Shown: positions 52,550-64,000 of the stretch, piece after piece
How the letters are laid out: every line of letters starts with the position of its first letter
Position numbering within the stretch: the first letter of the stretch is position 1
From: Lama guanicoe
Lineage: Eukaryota
Length of the DNA: 64,000 bases
Assembly (NCBI GenBank): GCA_013239625.1
Contig: MU054323.1
Location: 5,569,220 to 5,633,219 of the forward strand
Direction: 5' to 3'
Translations under genes and position numbers: made by a program
The notes under the pieces: model-generated
The model's input: only the letters and a program-made list of their open reading frames with translations
Told to the model about the DNA's origin: nothing
The model's database searches: none

Positions 52550-53371
52550 GCACACTCCTACAACAGGCAATCTAGAGTTCTGTGTAGGCTCTGGCCCCTA
52601 TCACCTTTTAAATTCCTCCCACTCGACCACTCATTGCTGGTCCCCAGAACTCAGTGTCACCAGACTCTCACTTGTGCAGACGGCACTGGTCCTACAGCCA
52701 TGACGTCCGTGGCAGCCCAACGTAATGCAAAGATGCTCAGAAGTAAACTGCCTGGAGCCACAGTTTTATACACAAGGTGAGCAGCTGAGCTTGTGAGGCG
52801 AAGAAAGACACCAGAGATTCTAAGCTGCCAAAGGGTGTCTTCAGTTACAGGAACAGAACCCACTGTCGCAGTCATTAATTATTTATGGAACAGATTTGGG
52901 GAGGAGGGAAGGGCAGGTGGTGAGACAGGCGATACAGAAATGGAGACAGAAAGATTTGCATGCGCTTATCTTAAAAAGTCACGAGTGGTCTCCTCCCCAC
53001 TCTTCACCCGGGAAAGCAGTGACTCAGGCCACCCTCTGCCACCGCCACCCCGCCTCCCCTCTGGGAGGCCGAGAAGGAAGCAGGCGCTCTGGACGAGAGA
53101 GTGCTGACCTTCCCAGGCTGCTCAGTCTTAGATTCAGCAGGGCTTCAAATAACAGGCCCAACCTGGCCACTTGGTGTGTTCTGGAAGTGTCTCTTGGCGC
53201 TGTGGTCTGCCGGAAGCCTCCTGGCCAGCTCGCCCTCTCCTTCTCCACGGGGCTTCTGCAAGCCTTCCCCGCTCACCCACCTGTTCGCCACCTTCTTCGT
53301 TCTAACGTGAGCGTGCCTCCAACTTCACGGGAAATACAGAAGGCAGCCAAGTGTGAACCACTGAACCTCTG

Positions 53372-53376
<5 letters not shown>

Positions 53377-53408
<32 letters not shown>

Positions 53409-53530
53409 ATACGAACAACACAAAAAACCCCACATAATGCACATACACACAACACATAAGGCACGCACGATGCACACACAACAGATGTACAACACACAAC
53501 ACACAGACAACATATACACAATGCACGCAA
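53377..53530. repeat. (CA)n microsatellite followed by degenerate CA-rich low-complexity sequence
   Basis: About 13 perfect CA units from 53377, then interrupted CA/CACAA text. Confidence 0.9.
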
Positions 53531-53769
53531 ATACCACCCCCTCAACGCCGGCTCCTCTAGCCACCCTTTCCTCCCGAAAGGTTGGAAAGGGCGTTCTCCC
53601 CCTCACACACTCCCTGCCGTCACTTCCTCTTCTCCCCCAGACTTTCAACCCCTTCCTGTGAGCATTTTACCGGGCTGGAGTTCCACTTCTCAAAAAAAAA
53701 AAAAAAGAAAAAGAGGCAGGGGAAGAGTCATAAGTAACAGATTACCTCACCTCCTACCTGCAGTGAAAA

Positions 53770-54080
53770 TAGCAAGCGTCAGATGGGCGGCCTCACCTTC
53801 CCCCCACCCCGCACGTCTGCACACCTTGCGGCGCCCCTCCAGTGGGAGCCGCCGCCGCCGCGTCCCCTGTGCTCGGGACCCACCCCTTCCCCGCCTCCCG
53901 AGCCAAGTCACGTTTCCCTGAATTAAACCCGCTCTTGAATACCTTTTTCCTTTGCCAGCTCCTCTCCCGGCTTTAAGCCCGGCTCTTCCTCGGGCTCCTT
54001 CCCTTCCCTGGCTTCCGGCGCCTGAGCTGGTAACCCGCACCTGCACCTCCGGCCCAGCGCTCCCGCCTGAGCACAGGTGT
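53770..54080. promoter_or_regulatory. Small CpG island, putative promoter
   Basis: About 25 CpGs in ~300 bp (hand count) in an otherwise CpG-depleted window. Contains (GCC)4, SP/KLF-type boxes (ccccgcctcc, ccacccc) and E-boxes CACCTG/CAGGTG at ~54038-54079. Confidence 0.7.
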
Positions 54081-54149
54081 AACCAAGCTCCTAGCGGACA
54101 AGCACCTCCAACAAAACATGTCGGAAACGAAGTGCCTCACAGCTTGCCC

Positions 54150-54480
54150 CTACTTGCTGCTTATCTTTAATGTCTCATTTTAGTAAACTAGCATTTCCAG
54201 CCAGCCAGTTGTCCAAACCAGAGCCCTGGATATGGCCCTTGACCCTTGACCTTTAACCTCCTCCTCATTTAACCAATAAACCTCCACGTGCTATCTTTCT
54301 GTCCCCTAAGTGTCCCTTAAATCCATCTCTCTCTCCCTATTTCTTAATCGAGGCCTCCCGCATCACACCTTCTGACGCTGGGAGAGCCTCTGTCCTAACA
54401 TGTGCCCCACCCACCCCCACCGCAGCCATCACTCTAACATGCACATTGGAGCTTGTCTGCCTCTCTTGAAACTCTTTCCT
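54150..54480 (+). mobile_element. L2 fragment
   Basis: 'ccagttgtccaaaccagagccctgga..ccttgacc..aaatccatctctctctccctattt..cttgtctgcctctcttgaaactctt'. Confidence 0.55.
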
Positions 54481-56109
54481 GATAATCTGCCCACTTCACA
54501 GTCCTCGTCCCAGGAGAAATAGACTCAGAGAAGAGAAATTGAGCAGAATACAGCAAATCCAGGGGCAGGGAAATTATTGATTCGTGCATTTGCTCGTTCA
54601 TTAAATTATAGCTTCAGAACTTGGAGTTAGTCCTTCTGGGAGTCTCCAGGCCCAGGCATTTAGTTTTCTTGTTTATTTCCTTCATAGCAGTTACCTCCAT
54701 TTTTTATTGTTTTCTTTGATTCGCTATTTTTATACCTCAAAAAAAAATCTATTTCCTCTTTGTGGATATAAGTTCCTGAAAGAAAAGGTACTCTCTTTCA
54801 ATCACACAGAGAACATGCAGACAATGAAAACACTGCACAGAACAATGTGGGGAAGCAACAGGATTGCTCAGCAATTAGAGGTGCCCAGGGCCCAGGAGCC
54901 CTGACCAGCCCCACCCTGTCCGTCCAGCCCAGGGACTGAAGGAATCAGAACCCCATACATCCAAACCCAGCCGTGGCCCACCATGTGCCACAGCACAATA
55001 TTCAAAGCCTCTGATCTAGACTAGTTCCAGCACATAGTAGATGCTCATTAAATTTTTTTTATGTATTAATAGAATGAAAGGAAGAGAGCTTTCTCTCCTG
55101 GAAACTAGAGATGGAAAGAATTGAAAGAAATGGGGTGATGGGGAGCAAAACAGAACCCATGAGCCAATCAAGGGATTTCTACCTTCCTCTCCTCTAAGCC
55201 TGTCCAACACCTATTTCCCAAGACCCAGCTCACTTCCAACCCCACCTCCCCCAGAACTCCTCCTCTGCCCCTAGCCTGAGGACCTGTGCAATGAACACCA
55301 CTTGGCCTTTCTGAAGGGCAGCCTTTTGATAGCTCTCTCCTATTGTGGAACAGGAAGCCAGATCCCGCTTGCTGTTTGCCATTCACCAAGTCTGTGTCTC
55401 AAATCCCTGTCCTGTCTTCACTCTCCTTGAGAAAGGTGGCCATCTCAGCCCGCTGTGTCTCCACCCAGTGCAGAGGGAGCACATTTTGGCTGTGCAGACC
55501 CCAGGTGGTTTGGAAGTGAGATCTGCTGCAAGGGGGAAACGGAACTGGAGCTGGGCAGAGGGGATGGTCGTGGGTGGAGGACGCTGCAGGGAGCGGGATG
55601 GGGGGCGGGCAGCAGGAGCACAGTATGAGGGCCCTGGACCCTGTGAAAAGGTGACCGAGGCCAGAAGGTCGAGAGGGCATACAAAATGAGAGAAAGGAAA
55701 GCAACCAGACCCAGAGAGCTGGTTGTCATCAGAGCGGTGTGAGGACCCGCATCCAACCAACAACGCTCTCCGCAAATGTGGGCTGCTGGCTTTGGTCCAA
55801 CCCTGCCAAAAGGGCTGCAGGCCCTGAGAGCCATTCTCCCTTCTCCTTATCTCCAGTAGTGGTGAGTGTTGCTGCAGATAAAATGAGGCCATGATGCTGG
55901 TGGTGGAGGCGATATATTTTGCCCTTAACATCCAAGCAAGTAAAGAAAAACAATGGTACGCTACCGGGTTGAAAGATGACCCATCCTCTGAGTAAGATTG
56001 TCACCAACACACAAGCCCCACCTGGGTACATGAACAGGAAGGTAATGTTCATGTCATGGGTTCAAGACAGACTCTCATTAGACCTGAGGTGGGTCAGAAC
56101 TTCCTAGAC

Positions 56110-56570
56110 TCCTGGTTCTAGTTCTGGGCTCCCATCCAGGGAGACTGGCACTTAGAGAGGGACCAGAGGGCAGCCTCACAGGTGATAAACAGGCCAGGCA
56201 GCAGGGCCTGGGAGGGAAAGAGAAGCTGGGATTATTCAGGGGGGAAGACAGGCAGGCAGGATTTCACACAATCTCCAGGTATCAGAAGAGTTCTTAGGCA
56301 GTGCAGGCTAAGTCTTGGCAGTGGCTACTGAGGATAGAATAAGGAAAGGAACTTAATCCCCAGCATAAGGGATTTAGGATAGCTAAGGGGGAGAATTTCC
56401 TGATGGTGAAGGTTGTTAAAAGTTGCAATGAATGGTCTGGGGAGAGACTCCGGTCTGCTCTGGAAGCTTTTACAAGTAGAAGAGATTATCCTCTGGCAGG
56501 GCAGCTTATCTTTAATCCTGCCTGAAGGCAGGGGAATGGACGCAATGACCTCAGGGTCTCCTTCAGACTT
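56110..56570 (+). mobile_element. L3 (CR1-clade LINE) 3' fragment
   Basis: 'agttctgggc..gagagggaccagagg..gggatttagg..aatttcctgatggtgaaggttgttaaa..tcctgcctgaaggcaggggaatggacgcaatgacctc' matches the L3/CR1 3' end. Confidence 0.75.
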
Positions 56571-58439
56571 GGAAAGCAGGCCTTCCCATCAGCAGGCCAG
56601 CCAACACTGCTGAGCAGGAGCTGTACTCTAAGGAGAGCGCAGAGTGTTCCCAGAAATAAGGAGCGGCCCCACGTGAGATCTCCTTCCCTTTGTCTATTTC
56701 TCAGCCACGGCTGCCTCCTGGCAATGGCCAGGCTCCCCTATAATCTCAGGTCTCATCAAGGGCACCTTAGACAGGAAAGCCAAGAGCAGCCACAGACCAT
56801 GCAGGGACGGATTACTCTCTGCTCTGCAAAGCACCCCAGACAGCAGAGCCTTGCTGTGGTCTTCTCCACAGAGGGCTCTGCGCTTAAAAAGCCCTGTGAA
56901 ACACTTGCTGGCCCCCACCAGGCAGTAGCAACGGGGCATTCCTAACCTGCTGCTGCCAGCCAAGATGGCCAACAAGGGCCACAAATAGCTCCAGCGTTCC
57001 CAGGACCACACTCCACTTCCTGTCTGTAAATTGACTAGCCTTCTGGGAACATTGGCCTGGGCCCTGCTGTTCGCCATGGGGGCCAGGGAAGAAAAGCGCA
57101 TGACCTAACGCATGCACGGGAGACACTGTGCAGGCTGAGGGCATGAACAGGTACACAGAGCGCTGGCCGGGATGTCCTCAGAAGGCACTGGGCTTGCACA
57201 GAGCTCGAAGGAAGGGCAAGATCTGGGCAGAGAGGAGAGCACCGGACGTCTTCTGAAGTGGTTTTCAGAAGTGCTGCCCAGATACGTGAACAACTCTCAG
57301 GGCTATAGTTGAGTCAATGTTTTCTGCAAACCCGAAAGCCAAAGACAAGATGACCTTTGGCTTTCCAGAACCTGGGGGTCTGACTCTGCACAGTATTCAA
57401 CCAGACAGATTTGGAAGTGGGCGTATCTTTTCTTTGTAGGTCTGTTTCCCCAGTGAAGAAAGAACTATTTAACCCCTAGCCCTACACCTTTGCGGAACCT
57501 GATTCATCATCCCGGCTATTTCTTAAAACTCAGCTCATGTCCTTCCAGTATCTTTCTTTTGTCCTCTGTATCTGTGTTTCAGCTCTTCTGCACCATTTGC
57601 ACCAGCCCCATCTCTGCTCTCCACCTCTCAGCACTTGATAAGTCCACAACTCCATACCCTCCCCACTAGACAGGGCCCTGGGGCCAATGCTCTCCCTTCA
57701 AGGACCCTTTTCCTTCTGGAGACTTAAACACCTGCCTTCTGGACATTTCTACCAAGACTGCACCACCCTCAGTTATGGGACTGGAGCAAACGGCCAAGGA
57801 TACTTAGGAGAAATAAACATGGAAATGTGTTATTTTGCCCCCTGCACATGCTAGACACAGGCAGGAGCTTGGTGCACAAGCATATTAAGCATGCAATCAG
57901 CTGCACCCTCGTGCCCAAATAAAGCTATTTTCATTTCATAAAGCAAGAGAGCAAGTCAAGTCATTAGGGAGATAGAAATAGGGAGCTTAAATGCCTAATT
58001 GGAAGCTCTGTTGCACTTGCAGAGTATCTTTGGTTTTTCTAAAAATTTAAGGGAAACACATTGAGCTTAGAATTACAGATAGATCAATGCCACATCCCTT
58101 CCTGCATGAGAACCGAAGAATCCCTTCCTGTGGGCGCATCCCAACCTGGGTTATGCTGTGCAAATGGCAATGAGGGCCCAGAAGGAAACAAGCCAGCTCC
58201 CAAAAGTAGGAAACACTGAGGGCAGAGCAAACATCCTCTTGCTTTCCACGGAAGGCAGAAGCCTACAGCCATAGCGCCCCTCTGGCTGCTTTCGTTTAAC
58301 TCTTCCAACTGTTAGTTAGAATTTCACTGAGCTGGATTTATTTGTTGGACATTTCCTGGGTGCCTGGTGCATTGCAAGGCTAAACCATCTCTTTGAGCTT
58401 TAGTGACTTCATCCGTTAGGCGCAGGGGTTAAGCTTGGT

Positions 58440-58656
58440 GGGTGGTTTAGCCCTGCGTTCCACAGAAGTGCCTGGGGAGCCACTGTGGGGAGGGGTCCAC
58501 ATGGGAGAGGGGCAGACAAGGGGGATTCTACTCTCCCATGCCAGCGCCCACTTCAGTACGATTGCCCCCCATATCTAATATTTGGGGGTTCCACATAAGA
58601 TATTATTTGGTAGAGGGGCAAGGTTTCCGTGGCTTGAACACACACACAGACACACA

Positions 58657-58743
<87 letters not shown>

Positions 58744-58756
58744 GCACAATCCACTG
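58440..58756 (+). mobile_element. Old hAT-Charlie MITE (MER112/MER103-like) hosting a CA microsatellite
   Basis: 'gccctgcgttccacagaagtgcctggggagcc..tatttgggggttccacataagatattatttg..ggtttccgtggctt[CA run]..ccactg'. Confidence 0.5.
58638..58748. repeat. Long (CA)n microsatellite
   Basis: 39 uninterrupted CA units at 58661-58738, with interrupted units on both sides. Confidence 0.97.
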
Positions 58757-61279
58757 AGGGCTCCTCCAGGACTGAGGAATTCTCCTAATCTCGCCGTGGA
58801 GACAAAGGAAGCCCTCACTGACCAGCCTGGAAGCTTAGTTACAGAACTCTGCTGCTGGCAGATTCTCTGGAGCGTGTGTCCCAGGAGCTCAGAGTGTAAG
58901 AAGGGCTGTTTCCTGGGAGAGTCAGGCTTGACCTACTGGTTGATCCTACACATGTGGCTGTTTTGAGGCAGAACAAGAGTAATTCCTACATCACATATTT
59001 TCTCAGAGAGAACTCATCTAAACTCACATTTTCCCAGCTCATGTAAACCATGTCTTTTACGAGTTGGAGAAATGAAAACATTCAGATTTACCTGGATGCT
59101 CATGTGGTTATGGGATCCTCCTATGGACAAGGTCTTTTTATCCAGGAAGTCTTTGCCTCAGGAAGGTTGAGGGCATTTATCAACACAGGACTCTCCAGTC
59201 GAGAGGAGCACACAGGATCAGCAGAAAGCACAGGAGGAATAGTCTTCTTGAGCTAACACTACGCTGTTTCTGAAAATCCCCACAGAGCCCCCAAACCCAA
59301 AGGAATGAAACTCTAATGGTTGAATATTGGGTACTATGAGTGAACACAGGAAGTAATATAACTAAAGCCTGTGGGACAACTAACTACCAGGTCCCCTCAA
59401 GAAGCCAGCCCTGCAAACACACAAGGCACCAGCCCTTGACTTCCTCTTCTGATCCCTACGATGGGCTCACACTGCACTCTGATAGGTCCCTCCTGACTCC
59501 TTGGAGTGTCCACAGCCACCTTCATTATCGCAGAGGACACAACAAGAAGATAAAGTTAGAAAGTACTTCTGACTCTGCTCTGCAGGAATGAACTCCAGAC
59601 CTCAGGCCTCTGGTTCGCCAGAACAAACATCTCCCCCAGAGTGACCATGAGTCAGGCAGCCTGAAACACACACGACATGACAGCATCCTAAGTGTGATTA
59701 GACTAGGTCCCTACTGCCTTGGAAATGAAACCACAGGCATGTAACAAATGGAGGACCTGCATCCAGTCACACCCCGTCCTTTCCGTGCCATCTCTGAGCT
59801 GGGCCCTCACTTCTCCGTCCTTAGGTGCAGTCTGTTGGGAGCCCTACAGGGTATGAAATTCCACTGTGTCCCCAGCTTAAGAGATGGTTGGATCTGCAGG
59901 GGCAGCAAGGACTGTAACCACCAAAACTCTACCTCCCCCTACCCCCAAATTCTAACCCCAAATAGAGACAGGGTGTCCGTGGAGAAATGGAAGGACGTGG
60001 AGAGAAGCAGAAGTCAGTCGCAGAGAGAGAGTGATGAACGGCCAGTCGGGTTGGCTGAGCTAGTTATTACCGAGTCGTTTGCCATTTGGCCCCATGTATT
60101 TTTAAAGCATACAGTTAAGGAGCATTTATTAAAATGTTTTCAAGTTGTCCTTCTGAAGAAGAGACCCTGACAGGCCACTCAGTATACTGCAAAGGTGGGT
60201 TAAATACTATTATCCCTGCTGCAGAGATGGGAAGACAACAGTATAATGGATTGCCTTAATTTCCCAGAGACATGCGGTGCATTCATTACTGGGAGGGAAA
60301 AAGAAAAGAAAAGAAAAAGACAATCAGATTAAAGAGACCTGAAGCCTGGGCCGCCTTGCCAAGAAAGCCAACCAGCCTGAGAAAAAAAAGAGGCGAGCCC
60401 CACACCTCTGAGGGGGCCCCTCCAGAAAAAAAAAAAAAAAGAAAACCCGCGGTCCTTAGAAACACAGTCACCTTCTTCAGGAGCTCCAAATTAAAATGCG
60501 CAACAGAAACAAATTCGCCACACACAAAACCACGCGGGCTCTCCAAGCTGCCTCACACGGCAGATTGGGAGAGGAGGGAAAAAATAATCCAGATCCTAAT
60601 TTAGTTCAGGAGCTTGTTTTCTTACATCGACAAATCCTTCTAAAAATGATTTCCTGATTAGAGTCAAACGGCGGAGGCCCAAACTCTCCGAGATTGTTGT
60701 GCTGTCAGCATGGTAATGTGTTCCTTAGCAACTCTCTCCCTCCGCTTTCAGGAGGAAACAACACCTCTGCCAGGAACACGAAGCTGGAGGAGCGTCGGCA
60801 CCTCCGATGATTCACAGGAGGAAGGAGGCCCAGATCTCTGAGGTCGGTGGGAGGGTGGGACGCTGGCCCGCCGCCACGGGTGCCCAGGCAGGTGCCAGGC
60901 TGTGCGGGGGCAACTGTGCCAGAGGAGCGGAGAGCGGCCACTGCCCCTCCACGCACTTGCAACCATCACCTGCCACTTCATAACTTGAAATGCGAATCCC
61001 AACACTTACACAGAGCTAGTGTCTTTTCCCCACCAGACTTATAAGATGCAAAAGATGCTAAGGAGAGATCAAGCTAAGGAAGGTGAAGGAAAAGGGTTCC
61101 TTGAATTGGTTTGGTTTTTATCATAAACTCTGGAATTCCCGGCATCATCTCAGAAAGAAAGAAAAAGCAAGACTTTACCCATTGGTTAAACATTGATTAC
61201 ACACTGGCAGTATGCCAGCTCTTGTTCTTTGTGACTTCAGATCAGTTCTTTTGGCAATGAGCACCACCCATGGACGCTA

Positions 61280-61425
61280 AAGCTAGAGGGGACCGTCAGC
61301 TCCAACCACCTCACTTTCCAGATGAGAAAACTGAGGCCTCGTGAGGTTGACCTCCCTGAGATATGAGTGATTTATTGACAGATCTAGAGCATGAATCCAA
61401 GTATTTCCACCATGACTACTAATTC
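61280..61425 (-). mobile_element. MIR/MIR3 SINE
   Basis: 'ctagaggggacc..tccaaccacctcactttccagatgagaaaactgaggcct..gaggtt..gacagatctagagcatgaatcca'. Confidence 0.7.
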
Positions 61426-62065
61426 TCAGACCAGATGCTTCAAAACTGGACTTGGATAGTCTCCGTCTGAAAAGGGGAGAAGTGAGATTCAATTTGCCAA
61501 TATTCACAACCTTGGAGGAAGTGATTTTCATCCTAAGCCAAAACATATTGGTAAATTCTCTAATTTAGTCAGATGATGTCTCACTTTACAAGATAAATGT
61601 TTCTAAAAAGTTGCAGGCAAATCAAATTTTTGTAAATTGAATTACTTTTTTAAAAGCACAAGACAGATTGCTTTGTAAAGGAACCCTGGGCTGAAAATGA
61701 GAAATATTTCTGCAATTTAAATAATAACTACCTCCATAATTTATCACTTCTGTAATTCATAATTTAATATTTCTTGGTTTTGTTTAGCATCACTTGTTTA
61801 AAACAAGAAAGATCTGTATTTATGCAGTCAGAGTCGCCAAGAAGCTTGAAGTACATTAGTAATAACTAATACTTTCCTTCTACATACCTGTGAAAACTAA
61901 TAAGGAATGGTATTCCCATTTGGCAGATGGGAAAAGTCACGGCATGGAGTAGGGGATAGATCTAAGATGATGGAGACGGTCAGAGAGGTGGACAGGATGC
62001 CTGAGTGCTTTGGGTTATAAATACTGCATTTTTATCTACTAGCGTAAGACATTGTAGGCAGCTGT

Positions 62066-62580
62066 TGTATTAACTCTACAGAGAAATAGAACCAATAGGA
62101 CACATATTGATAAAGTAGAGAAGACTCATGGAAATTGGCTCACATGATCACAGAGGCTGAGATATGTCATGAAATGCTGTCTGCAAACTGGAGAACCAAG
62201 AAACCCAGTGGTCTAATTCAATCCGAGTCCAATGGCCTGGAAAAGGGGACAAGGGAGCTGGAAGAGGGGCTGCTGGTGTGACTCCCAGAGTCCGAGGGCC
62301 CGAGAACCAGGAGCTCGGGTATCTGAAAGCAGGGGGAGATGGACGTCTCAGCTCAAGAAGAAACAGCAGACTTGCCCTTCTCCCACCCTTTTGTTCCATT
62401 CAGGCCCGCTGTGGGTCGGATGGTGCCCACGTTGGTGAGGGCAGATCTTCTTCACCTAGTCAGGTGACTCAAATGCTAAATCTCTTCTGCCAATCTCCTC
62501 ACAGACACACCCAGAAATAACATTTGAACAGTCATCTGGGCATCTCTTAGCCCAATCACATTGAAAAATCAACCATCATT
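62066..62580 (-). mobile_element. MLT2 (ERVL) solo LTR, MLT2B-like
   Basis: 'cagagaaatagaaccaatagga..aattggctcacatgatcacagaggctgag..tctgcaaactggagaaccaagaaa..ggtgagggcagatcttctt..ctcacagacacacccagaaataa..aaccatca'. Confidence 0.9.
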
Positions 62581-63129
62581 ATCAGCTATTATCTCCCAGG
62601 GAGACATTCTCCGCATCACTGATGCATGGACTCCAGAGAAATTCACAAGGCCATCGCAAAGGTATATGTTGCAGGAATCCAAGAGAGCCTCCTTTCCTGC
62701 TCTCTGTCCAATCACTTGACTCACCCAAGGAAACATGAAGACCAAAAAAAGAGTCTCAGTCAATCCATGACAATGTGTCTTTACTGATTCCCCATCACAA
62801 ATCCAACCCTCTGACCACAGGGAAGAAAAGATGGGAAGGTATAGGCACTGCCCCCAGGAACTCTTAGTCGCTGAGAGAGGCAAGCTCACACACAAAACTA
62901 CAGTAGAGTTAACTTCATGTGAGTCTTCCCCACTAGACTGTGGCGCCTTAAGGAGAGGGACCGTCTTCACCTTGGCAACGTTAGCATCTTGCCTTGGAAA
63001 AACTCAGTACTCAGTTGAATTTTGTTGTCACACTAAATTATGAAAATGTAGAGGGCTTGGGAAGGATGTCATCTGCAAATATCTGGAGAGATGATACAGA
63101 AGAGAGAGAACAAACATACTGTTTGTATC

Positions 63130-63285
63130 TCCAGGATGAAATCATCTCCTCTGCGATGTGGGAGGAATAATAATAATGCAAACTTCAGAGAGCTGTTGGG
63201 GGCACTTGAATGGCATAGTAGATCTAAAGCATTTAGCAAGTTGCTGGCACACAGTGAGCACTCAATAAGCAGTGCCTATCACTTA
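63130..63285 (+). mobile_element. MIR 3' part
   Basis: 'ataataatgcaaacttcagagagctgttggg..taaagcatttagcaagttgctggcacacagtgagcactcaataa'. Confidence 0.7.
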
Positions 63286-63473
63286 CATTACAAGGATCAC
63301 AGGCTGTGGTGACAGAGGAGCTGATGACGTGAGGAAGATTTCTCCGAAAGTATCAAGGCTGTTGGCTCGCGGAAGCTCTGACGTAGGCGAAGCTCTTTAT
63401 CCCAGAGGCTGGATGGTCATCTCTCAACGAAGATGTCAAGAAAAGTCGTGTACTAGGTAATAGTTGGCTGACA

Positions 63474-63657
63474 GCACTGGTTCATTAACCTGGCTATGAA
63501 TTAGAATAATGTAGGCGGTGTTTTAAATACAAACAGTTTTAGGCCAATCCAGACTTTTTTAACCATTATGGAATTTGTATTTTAATAAGTATCCCAAAGT
63601 GATTCTTAGGGAGCTCATCAAGCATGGGTCTCATTACCTAGGTGTAAGAACCACCTG
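63474..63657. mobile_element. MER5-type hAT-Charlie MITE relic
   Basis: 'ctggttcattaacctggct..attagaat..tttgtattttaataagtatccc..gtgattct..taagaaccac'. Confidence 0.5.
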
Positions 63658-63754
63658 TACAGAGAAAGTTTATGGTCCCTTCCAGATTCTGAGGCTCTAG
63701 GAATTTCTTCATCCAACCTTGATCATCTTCTGAATAGCGTCATAGAAAATAATA

Positions 63755-63935
63755 ATAAAGTCAGACAGATTGGATTCAGATCCCTGCTCTGCCATCTCGT
63801 ATCTGTACAACTTAAAGCCTATTGACCAGTCTCCCAAAGCCTCAATGCCCCTGTCTATAAAATAAAAATGACTACTTTGTATGAAGGTTCTATGGGTTTT
63901 TCTGGCACATAATGAGTACCTGATAAATATTTTAC
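63755..63935 (+). mobile_element. MIR SINE
   Basis: 'agtcagacagattggattcagatccctgctctgccat..aagcctcaatgcccctgtctataaaat..tctggcacataatgagtac'. Confidence 0.75.
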
Positions 63936-64000
63936 GAACTTGGTAGAAAAGTAACCTCTCATAGTGAAAAAAAAAAAATAGAAGGACTTATTGAATATCA

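Noticed and set aside
55383..56052. Cluster of overlapping minus-strand ORFs, including a 107-aa ORF with a hydrophobic N-terminus (MNITFLFMYPGG..)
   Set aside because: No recognisable homology or exon structure. A tBLASTn/PhyloCSF test showing frame conservation would be needed to call it coding.
58538..58966. His-Thr and Val-Cys repeat ORFs (also near 53273-53661)
   Set aside because: They are translation artefacts of (CA)n microsatellites.
61570..61650. Possible ancient Tigger-type terminal fragment
   Set aside because: Too short and diverged to assign by eye.
1..64000. The many 60-190 aa ORFs in the six-frame track
   Set aside because: Apart from L1 ORF2 remnants, none resembles a protein family I recognise. 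Many lie in repeats, start at non-ATG codons or overlap on both strands, as expected for chance ORFs in mammalian DNA.
1..64000. CRISPR arrays, operons, prokaryotic or viral defence systems, intact ERV genes
   Set aside because: No regularly spaced repeat-spacer arrays, no gene-dense segment, no compositional foreign insert and no gag/pol/env ORFs were seen.

Overview
Mammalian non-coding genomic DNA, most likely from a camelid (alpaca, llama or camel). The lineage call rests on three tRNA-derived SINEs matching the camelid Vic-1 type, an artiodactyl-type L1 3'UTR, and no recognisable Alu, B1/B2, Bov-tA/A2, PRE1 or Can-SINE. I recognise no intact protein-coding gene. The only ORF-track entries resembling known proteins are decayed L1 ORF2 fragments (endonuclease and RT motifs). 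The window is an intronic or intergenic landscape of ancient eutherian repeats: MIR, L2, L3/CR1, L1M, MaLR and ERVL solo LTRs, hAT-Charlie MITEs and a Tigger1 derivative. It includes several datable nested insertions and one 5'-inverted (twin-primed) L1. A small CpG island at ~53.75-54.08 kb looks like a promoter and carries stacked minus-strand splice signals, and several unique stretches look like enhancers. I found no convincing novel biological system. Repeat families were assigned by eye from remembered consensus sequences, so subfamily names and boundaries are approximate (tens of bp) unless a TSD is quoted.
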